A stretch of 64,000 nt of DNA. Source: Octopus vulgaris (taxonomy: Eukaryota). The stretch covers positions 113,584,001-113,648,000 of the forward strand of contig OX597815.1 in NCBI GenBank assembly GCA_951406725.2, given 5' to 3'. Below are positions 40,060 through 51,110 of this stretch, one piece after another. The notes below the pieces were generated by a model that searched no databases, was not told where the DNA came from, and was given only the letters and a program-made list of their open reading frames with translations. Numbering within the stretch: position 1 is the first letter of the stretch; each line of letters begins with the position of its first letter. The position numbers and the translations under genes were made by a program.

Positions 40060-40460
40060 TAAAGATGCTCCACAAATTTTTGAAGACACAGACAGATTTA
40101 AAAAAAAAAACAGAAGTTAGAAAAAAATTACACTTAAATAAACAGACATAATTAAAAAATTACTACAAACAGTTTCTACTCCAAAGCACTCAAAGGCTCC
40201 TCTTCAGAGAGATCTACAAGTTCTTATGTCTAGATGAAATTGACAGGATACAAGATGCACTGAAATGAAGAACATAAGCAAAAAGTACTACAGAAGTGTC
40301 AGATTACCAAAATTAATGACAATGATAAGATTACTGGTATGAATAGTGTAGCCATCCTAATTATAACTTAGAGCTTTCAAACAAGGAAATGGAGGTTAAG
40401 CAAATTAAAGAGTCTGCAAAAGAAAACCACAAAAACTACAAAATGCATTCTGAATTCACC
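40060..40460 (+). mobile_element. Highly decayed R4/Dong RT fragment
   Basis: YKFLCLDEIDRIQDA..KKYYRSVRL compared with YKYLGINEGDGIHHA..KEYYRRIRL in the 52 kb element. Confidence 0.55.
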
Positions 40461-40524
40461 AACTTAACAGTAACACACAAGCACACACACACACACACAC
40501 ACACATGCACGCATGTACACACAA

Positions 40525-40936
40525 ATTGTAATCGTAGCTAATGCTGGTGTCATGTAAGTGGAACCCATGCTGGTGGCACGTAAAAAGCACCTTTCGAGCA
40601 TTGGGCATCACAGAGGCAAAGTGGCTGAGCTCCATTCAAGTGTTGCGTCTCATGGAGGCATTGACGAATGACCAAGACCTTTGGCATTACGTTGTGGTTG
40701 AGAAGACCCATCAAGCCAAGTAAAATCGCAGTTGTGGCAGATACCAGTGTCATGCAAATAGCACCTGTGTCAGTGGTACGTAAAAGCACCTATTACACTT
40801 TCAGAGTGGTTGGTGTTAGGAAGGGCATCAACCTGCAGAAACCATACCAGATCAGACTGGAGTCTGGTGCAGCCTTCCAGCTTGCCAACCCTGGTCAAAC
40901 CAACTAGCACATGCCAGCATAGACAATAAATGCTAA

Positions 40937-40968
<32 letters not shown>
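40525..40968 (+). mobile_element. RTE 3' end
   Basis: Repeat motif, RT C-terminal sequence, common tail and (TGA)n. Confidence 0.8.
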
Positions 40969-41043
40969 ATATATATATATATGTGTGTGTGTGTGTATGT
41001 ATATATATATATATGTGTGTGTGTGTATATATATATGTATGTA

Positions 41044-41106
<63 letters not shown>

Positions 41107-41115
41107 CTATATATA

Positions 41116-41161
<46 letters not shown>

Positions 41162-41162
41162 C

Positions 41163-42350
41163 TGTTCAGTTAATTGAAGGAAAGAAAATGGGGAGTTCAA
41201 AGTTAATAATTATCTAATATTAAGAAATTAGTAATCTTGCAGCCATTTCCATTAGTGCCCAATAGGTAAATTACAAATCATCATCATCATCGTTTAGCGT
41301 CCGCTTTCCATGCTGGCATGGGTTGGACGGTGCAACTGGGGTCTGGGAAGCCAGAAGGCTGCACCAGGCACAGTCTGATCTGGCAATGTTTCTACGGCTG
41401 GATGCCCTTCCTAACGCCAACCACTCCATGAGTGTAATGGGTGCTTTTTACGTGCCACCTGCATAGGTGCCAGACGGAACTGGCAAACGGCCACGATCGG
41501 ATGGTGCTTTTTACGTGCCACCGGCACGGAGGCCAGGTGAGGCTGGCAACGGCCACGATCGGATGGTGCTTTTTACGTGCCACCGGCACGGAGGCCAGGC
41601 GAGGCTGGCAATGGCCACGATCGGATGGAGCTTTTTACGTGCCACTGGCACAGAAGCCAGTCAGGGCGGCACTGGCAATGGCCACGTTCGGATGGTTCTC
41701 TTATGTGCCACCAGCACTGATATCAAAGCGACAATTTCCATTCATGTTGATCAATTTTGATTTTTGATTTTTGATTTTTTTGAGTTTTTGATTTTCACTT
41801 GCCTCAACAGGTCTTCACAAGTAGGGTTTTGTGTCCCAAGAAGGAAAGGTATGCATAAGTGGATTGAGGCCATGGGTGATGGTCTCACTAGTCCTGCCGG
41901 GTCTTCTCATGCACAGCATACTTCCAAATCTATAGTTTAAATTTGCACTCGTATATTATGGGCACGAGAAAAAGATATACATTACAATATTACATTCTGA
42001 CCTATCTGTTCATGCAAGCAGACTAAATATGAGGAGTTATTATTTTTATTGTTATGTATGGGTGAAGGGTTAACGTATTAATTAGAATATAATGAGCAAT
42101 AAAGTAACAGGATTCTTCATATTTAGTCTGCTTGCATGAACGGATAGGTTGGAATGTAATATCATGTATACCTTTTTCTCTGATGAAATTATTCCCACAA
42201 CATATAAATGCAAATTTAAAGCATAAATTTGTAATTTACCTATTGGGCACTAATGGAAATGGCTGTCACAAGTAAAGATTACCCATTTTTTAATAATAAA
42301 TAATTATTATCTTTTAACTCACCATTTTCTTTCGTTCAATTAATTGAGCA
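41163..42350. mobile_element. Inverted pair of Penelope-pLTR-like elements with hammerhead motif; left arm interrupted by RTE
   Basis: 41163-41278 plus 41928-42035 is the reverse complement of 42112-42350; hammerhead at 42177-42270. Confidence 0.7.
41279..41927 (-). mobile_element. Young RTE 3' end with five tandem units of about 62 bp
   Basis: CpG-rich; (ATC)n tail; AAATC at both junctions; array at 41440-41715. Confidence 0.85.
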
Positions 42351-42557
42351 TGAATTATATGCTTAATATATACCTATAGATTTAAGGAAATTTAATTTCC
42401 CAAAAATACTTGGTATAGAACCAGTGTTTCCTTGGATGTAACCATCCCTTTATGAGGTTAATGTATCCCCTAAGCAACTTTAACTATATATATGTATATA
42501 TACGTTTATATATTTGTTTTGCAAAATTCTTGATGTGAAATCATGTATTGAAACAGA

Positions 42558-42990
42558 TATTGTTGTATTTGGGAATGGTCATGTTGCCAGTTTAGCCAAT
42601 AAAAACACATGCACTATATATTTGGTGTTAATTTGCTTCAGCTTTATTTATATTTTACATTAATCTTAATCTTATTTCAGCCAGAGTTATTTTATCACAC
42701 TTTTGTGACCTCATCAGTGGTCCTTTGCTTTCTTCTTTCTTATTTGTGTGTCTCTCTTTACTAATGATCAGAAAAATGGCAGATCGTTAGTAAGGAGAGA
42801 CACACAAATAAGAAAGAAGAAAGCAAAGGACCACTGATGAAGTCACAGAAGTGTGACGAACAAACTCTGGCCGAAATAAGATTAAGATTAATGTAAAAAA
42901 TAATTAAAGCTGAAGCAAATTAACACCAAATATATAGTGCATATGTTTTTATTGGCTAAACTGGCAACATGACCATTCCTGAATACAACA

Positions 42991-42993
<3 letters not shown>
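42558..42993. mobile_element. About 210-bp-arm palindrome of a hammerhead-bearing short element
   Basis: Arms 42558-42769 and 42782-42993 with a 12-nt spacer. Each arm has CCA-CTGATGA-R-GTCAC..GTGAY-(G/A)AA(A/C)-NAAC-TC-TGG. Confidence 0.8.
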
Positions 42994-43040
<47 letters not shown>

Positions 43041-43559
43041 GTGTATATATGTATGTATATAGGATATACCTACCCCATACACAAAGAGAAAAGAAAAGTG
43101 TTTGATAGAAATAGAGAACTATTACAAAGTAATGGCAATATCACCCACAAAGGGGCTAAGAACGTACTATACCCTGCAGGTTGGATAGAGGTAGTGAATG
43201 CATACATTGCTGCCATTATTTATTACTGCTTAACCATGGACTCTTGGCTCTTTTTTCATTAAACTAGGTTGGGGCATCTGCTTTTTCAATTCTTGCAAAA
43301 GGAGATATTTTCCTCTGATCAAAAAGTTCACCTGCTGCTAATACTCTCTGCAAGAAGTGCTCAGTATGTTAAGGCTGATGATGCACTAGCATGCACTGAA
43401 ACTACAGAATCTGCAAAGGTTTGTAGATAATATGATGTGGCCATCATTTATGAGGCCCTTTTCCATATAGTTCATCTGGAATGTATATTCCAGATGCTAA
43501 GTGCCAAAGATTTGAGTCTGATTTAGAATGCTGGCAGAAAATTAGTGGAGAGGGTGAAT

Positions 43560-44500
43560 AGCAATATTTCACTACAGATGGAGTATTCCTTTTCTAATAG
43601 GGATATGTTTCATTTTCATAATTTCCTCTTGTTTGTGTTTGCAAAATTGTTTGCTTCATAATCATAACATGTTAAATGCACTTGCTTATTATTTATTCCT
43701 TCTTATTAATGACTAAGTGGAACACTGTCAAACGCATAGGTGTAGCAAAGGGGGTTGTTGGAACAATTACCCTCGAGTATAAATGTAAAAGTATGCAACA
43801 TTTCCTCTTACTCATCATGCATATTAATTAAGGTGGAAGTGCAAAAACTATCTTTACCTCTGAGTGTTAAGAATTCTTGCTGTGTCACTGGTCAAAGGCC
43901 TTCTGGTAGTCAATCTATGTCAAACTCTCCTTTTTCATCCTATAACCGCCGGTTACAGCTTTGTTGATATAAACTTTTTCAGAATTTTCCAGGTAGTCAT
44001 TTATCTTTTACATTATTGCTGGGTAAGCTTACATGCTGTAGGACAATAGCTATGGGTCTGTAGGATTTTGTTGTGGTTAGCTGAGTCTTTAATCTTGGGG
44101 ATTTACATAGTTTTCTAATTGATGAGTTAATCAGGTATTGTTTCTGGTTCTGTCAATCATTAAATATTTTGGTAGCACTATGTGTGTGTCTGTTAAATAT
44201 TTCAATTACAAGTTTAGATCTCACTCCTGCTCCGACACCTTCAAGTTGTCGATTCTTTGTAGTACTTAGTCTATTTCTTGATATAGTCTCCCACAATTGT
44301 TCCGGGACTATACTCATTATTTTGAACATTTTCATCTACAATGATCCTTTCATTGACCATACTTCTCCACCAAATTCTTCTGCTCTCTTATTGTTATTGC
44401 CACATAGATTTTTATTTTGTTTTATGTAGTTCTGGATAAAATAGCTAGGGTTTGGATTCCATTTGTTTATTTTGTTCAGTAAATCATTTTTGTGGTTCAT
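43560..44500 (-). mobile_element. Highly decayed R4-like RT relic
   Basis: Minus-strand remnants NWKVSE..LKYLT..EPETIPD..SYRPIA..IDYQKAFD. Confidence 0.55.
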
Positions 44501-45061
44501 AACAACGAACTCTTTGTTCTTTAGTGAGGACCTCTAGCTCTATATATCCTTTGATTTCTTTTATTTTTTCCCCTCCTCTGCATATGTCCTTTTATTGATG
44601 ATTTGATTAATGATTGAGATATCTTTTCTTCTTTTACTATCTTCCTCTCTCTCTTCTTTTTTACCATGTTTTGTGCTTATGTCTTGAAAGTCTTGTATAT
44701 GAACTGCAAGTAGTTCTGAGGGAATGACCATTTTCCTTTGCAACTACTTTGATTGTGGCATAAATTATTTGGTTTGTCTTGGTGGTGTCAGTGTTTCCAT
44801 TTGTTAACTTAAAATTTATGAGATCATAAATTAATTCCTTATTGTTATTGCTATTTTATTATTTTTATCATTGAGATGGTTTTTGTTAGTCCATAGAAAA
44901 ACCTGTCAGTTTTAATTCTTTAACTATTTCTACCTTTAGATCATTGTTATATTCAGAATTTCCTTCTTTAGAATTCTTCAGTTGATCTTTATGGTTTACA
45001 TTCTCAATGATTATAACTGTTTTTTTTTTGTTTTCTGTTTGTATTTTCATTATGTGTGATG

Positions 45062-45556
45062 GATGCCAGTCATCAAATCGAAATCCAATTTGATGACTGG
45101 CATCCGTGCAAGTGGAGCACTAAGAGCACCATCCGAGTGTGATCGTTACCTGAGCAGCTCACTGGCTTCTGTGCCGGTGGCATGTAAAAAGCACCATTCA
45201 AGCGTGATCATTACTAGCATTGCCTTACTAGCATTTGTGCCGGTGGCACGTGAAAAAACATTTGAGCGCGGTCGTTGCCAGTGCCGCTGGACTGGCTCCT
45301 GTGCAGGTGGCACGTATAAAACACCATTTGAGCATGGCCATTGCCAGTACTGCCTGACTGGCCCCTGCGCCAGTGGCACGTAAAAGCACCCACTACACTC
45401 TTGAAGTGGTTGGCATTAGGAAGGGCATCCAGCTGTAGAACTCTGCCAAATCAAGATTGGAGCCTGGTGCAGCGATCTGGTTTGCCAGTCCTCAGTCAAA
45501 TCGTCCAACCCATGCTAACATGGAAAGCAGACGTTAAACAATAATGATGATGACGA
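45062..45556 (+). mobile_element. RTE 3' end with 5-unit heterogeneous array
   Basis: Units ending gtgccggtggcacgtaaaaagcacc; common tail. Confidence 0.85.
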
Positions 45557-48500
45557 TCTCTTCAGAAGGTAGTGAGCTAGCAGGACCATTAGCATGCTGG
45601 GCACAATACCTAGTGGCATTTTGTCCATCTTTTTGTTCTAGGTTCAAATGCTATCAGGATCAACTTTGCCTTTCATCCTTTTGGGGTTGATAAAAGAAGT
45701 ACCAGTTAATTACTGGGGTTGATGTAACCAACTTAAACCTCCACTTAAATTGGTGTATCCCTTCTTTCAGGTGTTATTTTGGGTTTTCAGAATCTTCTTA
45801 AATTAGCTGTATTTGGATCCAAAGTTATTTTTAGATCAGGACTATTTTCTCTACAGATATTATATATATATATATATACACATATTCTGTGTGACTTTGT
45901 TTTGCAGGTAGAATGTAGTTGTAAAATACATATGTTATGTAGAAACAGATACCCCTCTTATACATTCATGCATTTTCTCTTATATTAATTGGACTTGAAG
46001 AATCAAGTCCATTAATGTCCTGAAATCAAATCCTGCCAGGATTGATAAAATAGAACCAGTCTGTGACTAGAGTTGATTTCATCCCACCACTTACAAAAAA
46101 TGTGTGGCTTTATGCCAGAACTAGAAATTTTTATCATTATTTATTTAAGTATTTGTTTATATTTGTATGTAATTTGTCACTTCTACATCATTATTTTCCT
46201 ATGATAGTTTACATATTGAAAAGAAAACAGAAACTTACTTTTGCTTTTGCAATACAAACATATTTTTGATATTCATCACTTTTAAAGTCTCCCTCCATCT
46301 AATGTTAACAAGTTGAACTCACTGTAAACCAACTATTAATTTACTTTAAGTTATATTATCTTGCTTCAAAAGTAATCATTCATGCAGAAATTTAATCTCT
46401 TGTGTAAGCTCTAACTCATTTCCTAATACATAACTCTCAAATAAACAGACTAGATCCCTCTTGTAGCTATCCTGATACTGTTTGTGTATTAACTGTTACT
46501 TTTCTAAATAGAACAAACACCCTGGAAATTAAATATCTGTGTACCAAAAAAAAAAAAAAAAAATGTAGGGCATTGGAATTATCAAGTTATTTCATGTTGT
46601 AATGAAGGAAACATGTCTTGGAGAATGTTTCCTCTACTTGATAATCTAACAAATACCAAGAAAAGAATTCTGAAGAATCTCTATCTGGATGCTTAAACTG
46701 CAATAAATACTAACCTAATCTTTCTCAAATCATACCCTTCTGTTTTAAAAAAATTAAGGACATGTTAAATAATGTACTCCTACGTACTTCTAAAGAGCTC
46801 AGATAATCATGGCTGGAATATCTCTGATCATAGGTCTGTTCAATCACAGCTGATCAGGAGCAAATCAACAACAACGATGACAATGAGGACAACGATGATG
46901 ATGACAACAAGCAGGAGAAGAGGAGGAGGAAGAGGAGAAGCAGGAGAAAGGGAGGAAGAGGTGGAGGAGGACAGGAAGAAGAAAAAGAAGTGGAGAAGGA
47001 GGTAGATGTGGAGGAGGAGGCAGAAGAGGAGAAGAAGAAAAAGAAAAGAGAAGAGGTGGTGGTAGAGGAGAAGAAGAAAAAGAAAAGGGAAGAAGAGGTG
47101 GTGGTGGTGGTGGAGGAGGAGGAGGAGAATTTGGCTTTAGCCAGTCAAAAGTTATAATGGAAGGCACACGCCCAAGGTACCCCACAGTGGTACTAAACAT
47201 GAAACGACATGGTTGTAAAGAGATTTTCTTAACCACGTAGCCATACTCTTCAATGCAATTTACAAATTTCATTTTTAATTTTATTTTTTTAAATGTTTCT
47301 AAATATAGTTTCCATGAAAGGTCATACTGAATGGTTCTACAAAATCAAAACATTTTCAGGAATTGCTGAAGTCAAGATGTCTCACTTCATCCTAATATGA
47401 CTGATTTAAACAAGTGGAATAATATTTTAACTCATGACATTTGGTCAGTAAATCTATCACTTAAAAATCCACTTGATGCCAACCCACTTTTGATTGTCTC
47501 TGGTTTCATAATATACAACTCAAAGGTATGGCTGTGTAGTTAAGAGACTTGTTTTGCAACCATGTGGTCTTGGGTTCAGTTCCACTGCATGATACATTAT
47601 GCAAGTGTCTTCTACAGTAGCTTTAAGCTGACCAATACCTTGTGAGTGGATTTAGTGGATGGAAAATGCATGGAAGCCATGAGTATGTGTGTATGTGTGC
47701 ATCTTTTGTTTGTTCATCCCACTACTTGACAACTGGTGTTGGTTTGTTTATGTCCCCATATGTTAGTGGTTCAGCAGAAGAGTCCAATTGAATAAGTACC
47801 AGACTTTAAATAAAATAAGTACTGGGGCTGATTTGTATCTAAATCAGTGGTCCTCAATGTGGACTCTTGAGGGTCCACATAAGATTTTGTTGTTAAAATT
47901 TATGTGCAATAAATTCCCTATACTTCTTCAATACAAAAAATATTTAATGGGTTCTTTTTTTGCACAATTCCTAATAATATGATTTTTTAAACATCAAATG
48001 GCTAGGAGGGCCCCTCATCATCATCATCATTGTTTAACATCCTCCTTCCATGCTGGTGTGGGTTGGACGGTTTGACAGGAGCTGTCCAGGCAGGAACCTG
48101 CACCGGACTTTTGTGTCTGTTTTGGCAGGGTTTTATGGCTGGATGCCCTACCCAACATCAACCACTCTGCAGAGTGAACCAAGTGCTTTTTACATGGCAC
48201 AAGCACAGCAAAGTCAGTTTGGTATGGTTTTTATAGATGGATGCCCTTCCAAATGCCAACCACTTTACAGTGTGGCCTGAATGCTTCTTAAGTAGTACTA
48301 ACACTAGCAAGGTCACCAAGTAACTTGCAAGACAAGGATCCTTTGAGAGGGGAGGGGGCATTGGAGGAGGGAATTTTGTATCAGATGATGAAAGTTATAG
48401 TGAGACAGAGAGAGACAGAAACAGGTGTCTTGCTGTAGGGGAGGTATATGGTTTCCTGGCGAGAGAGGGGGGGAGAAGGAGAGGGAGGGAGAGGGCGGGA

Positions 48501-48884
48501 GAGAAAGAGAGAGAGAGAAAATGAGGACAGAAGTAGGTGTGCTGCTGTAAAGGAGATACATGGTTACCCAACCTGAGGGTAGAGCAGGAGAAGAAGAGAG
48601 AGAGTGGGAAACAGCAGGAGTGCAAGAGAGAGCAGGTGAGAGATGTTCATCCAAATAAAATTGGAATGAAAGGGTAAAAAAATGATTAAGAAACACTTTG
48701 AGCCTGTGCCCTGGTGTGGCTGCAGTCCAATGATTGAAACAATTGCAAGATAAAAAATAAAAGATTTAAAACAAAAATCTGCAATGATAATTTTTATGGA
48801 AGAATTTTTCATTACATTTCAAACACCAGCTTAATAATGACAAAGTTAATTATTTAATTAAATTTCTCCAAATTGATTATTATA

Positions 48885-49398
48885 TGCGTACCTTTCTTTC
48901 ATTGGACACAAAGACATGTTGAGGCAAGGGAAATCGAAATCGAAATCAAATTTGATGACTGGCATTTGTGCTAGTGAAGTGCTAAGAGCACCATCCGAGT
49001 ATGGTGCCAGAGCAGCTAACTGGCTTCCATGCCGGTGGCATGTAAAAAGCACCATTTGAGCATGATTGTTACCAGTGTCGCCTTACTGGCACGTGAAAAC
49101 TCATTCGAGCAAGTTCGTTGCCAGTGCTGCTGGACTCGCTACTGTGCAGGTGGCACGTAAAAAACACCATCTGAGTATGGCTGTTGCCAGTACCGCCTGA
49201 CTGGCCCTTGTGCCAGTGGCATGTAAAAGCACCCACTACACTCTCGGAGTGGTTGGCATTAGGAAGGGCATCCAGCTGTAGAAACTCTACCAGATCAGAT
49301 TGGAGCCTAGTGCAGCCATCTGGTTTGCCAGTACTCAGTCAAATCGTCCAACCCATGCTAGCATGGAAAGTGGACGTTAAACGATGATGATGATGATG
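48885..49398 (+). mobile_element. RTE 3' end with 5-unit array (same subfamily as 45062)
   Basis: Same unit order; (TGA)n tail. Confidence 0.85.
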
Positions 49399-49833
49399 TA
49401 GACACAGGCATGACTGTGTAGTTAAGAAGCTTGCTTCCCCGCTATGTAGTCTCCTGTTTAGTTCCATTGTTTAGTGCCTTGGGCAAGTGTTTTCAACTAT
49501 ACCCATGGGCTGATCAAAGTCTCCTGAATGGATTTTGTAACTAGAAACTGGAAGAAGCCCATTATTCAGAGGGATAGCATGTACACATCAATTGGTATAT
49601 CCTTATTTTCTATTTTTCTCTATCTTATTCATTTTCTTCTTTATTTTTCTGCTCTAATGAAATTCCACTATTTAAGTTAGTATAATCATTTACAACGATA
49701 ATTTTTATTATTGTGATAATCAAGCCTGATTATGTTTAAAATAGCGTGAGCAGAAACAGTTGTAAGATGAGGTATAATCTTTTTAAATAATAACTAATGT
49801 TTATCTATTATCAATTTTCTTATTTTTCCTTAA

Positions 49834-50043
49834 CCCTTTCATTACCATATTTATTTTGAGATGCTCTGCATTTCTTTCAATTAATTTTAAATATAACAAA
49901 AGAGTTAGTAAAATAACTTTGTTATCATTAAGCTAGTGTTAGGAACATAAATTGTGACTAAGATTTGGTGGAAGATTTTAATTCAAAACTCATGAAAACA
50001 AGACATTTGTACTACAGTTGCAGCCAGGTTGGTATCAAAAGGG
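49834..50043. mobile_element. piggyBac-like MITE (TTAA TSD)
   Basis: TTAA|CCCTTTC...CAAAAGGG|TTAA; paralog of 13967-14186. Confidence 0.85.
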
Positions 50044-50195
50044 TTAAATATAGATAAACTTCAGTTTATTCCTTTCCTTACCTATCATTTACGAGCACTA
50101 ATAATAATACTCATAATCACATATAGGTAATACACCAGTAATTCATTGAATACAAACATCTCTTAGCCGGTTTTTATAACCTCTAATTGAACTCA

Positions 50196-50256
<61 letters not shown>

Positions 50257-50344
50257 TCAGAAAAAGGGGAGAGAGAGAGTGGTGAAATTAACCCTGGCAG
50301 GAGTTGAAGTCAGAGATTTACTTATTTGATATTTATACTATGAT

Positions 50345-50725
50345 TAATGATGATGTGTTACTTTCTCCTCTCATCCTCTTCCTCCTCATCCTCCTCATCC
50401 TCCTCATCCCCATCGTCCTCATTCTCATCCTCCTCATCCACCACTGCCTTCTCCTCATCCCCCTTCTCTTCCCCCTCATCCTTCCTCCTCATTCCTACTT
50501 CCCGTTTCCCCCTCTCCTCCTCCTGTTCCCCCTCCTCCTCCACAACCTCATTTTCTGCCTCCTCCACCACCACCACCACCACCACCACCACCACCACCAC
50601 CACCACCACCACCACCACCACCACCACCGTCACTGCCACCACCACCGCCACCGCCGCCACCAGTGCCGCCAACCATCATCAATGTGTTTGCCATTATCAT
50701 CATCATCATCATCATTATTATAATT
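50345..50725. repeat. Compound (CCT)n/(CAC)n/(CAT)n microsatellite
   Basis: Direct reading. Confidence 0.9.
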
Positions 50726-50884
50726 ATTGTGAAATGCTGAGTGGTATTTCATCTATCTTCATGTGCCAATGTTGACTTTGCTTCTCATCCTTTTGGAGTC
50801 GATGTAATCGACTAGTTCCCTCCCTCAAGGTGGTTCCCCTTGTAGCCAAATTTGAATCCATAATAATATATTATTATTATTCAG

Positions 50885-51087
50885 TAGTATATTTTTTATA
50901 TTGTGCTTTCACTTCACTACCGAGCGCAGCTGTGTGTGCATTGGGTATGTACTGTGATTTGTTGTGATGCTCTGATGGTTATTGTATGGAAAGTGTTCTG
51001 CATAGGATGTGTGCAGTGCCTAGTAGTGCAATTTTCTGTGTTATATGTGTTTGTAAGTCCTGGTGTTTTTGTTATGTATTTGTCTTG
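50885..51087 (-). mobile_element. Short 3' fragment of a second R4/Dong family
   Basis: DKYITKTPGLTNTY..KIALLGTAHILCRTLSIQ*, then 3' UTR and (TAA)n at about 50870. Confidence 0.8.
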
Positions 51088-51110
51088 TTATTATTATTAT
51101 TATTATCATT

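Noticed and set aside
41440-41715. CRISPR array (also 45094, 48957, 56853, 61408)
   Set aside because: The spacers are homologous to one another, the arrays sit inside RTE 3' UTRs in animal DNA, and there are no cas genes.
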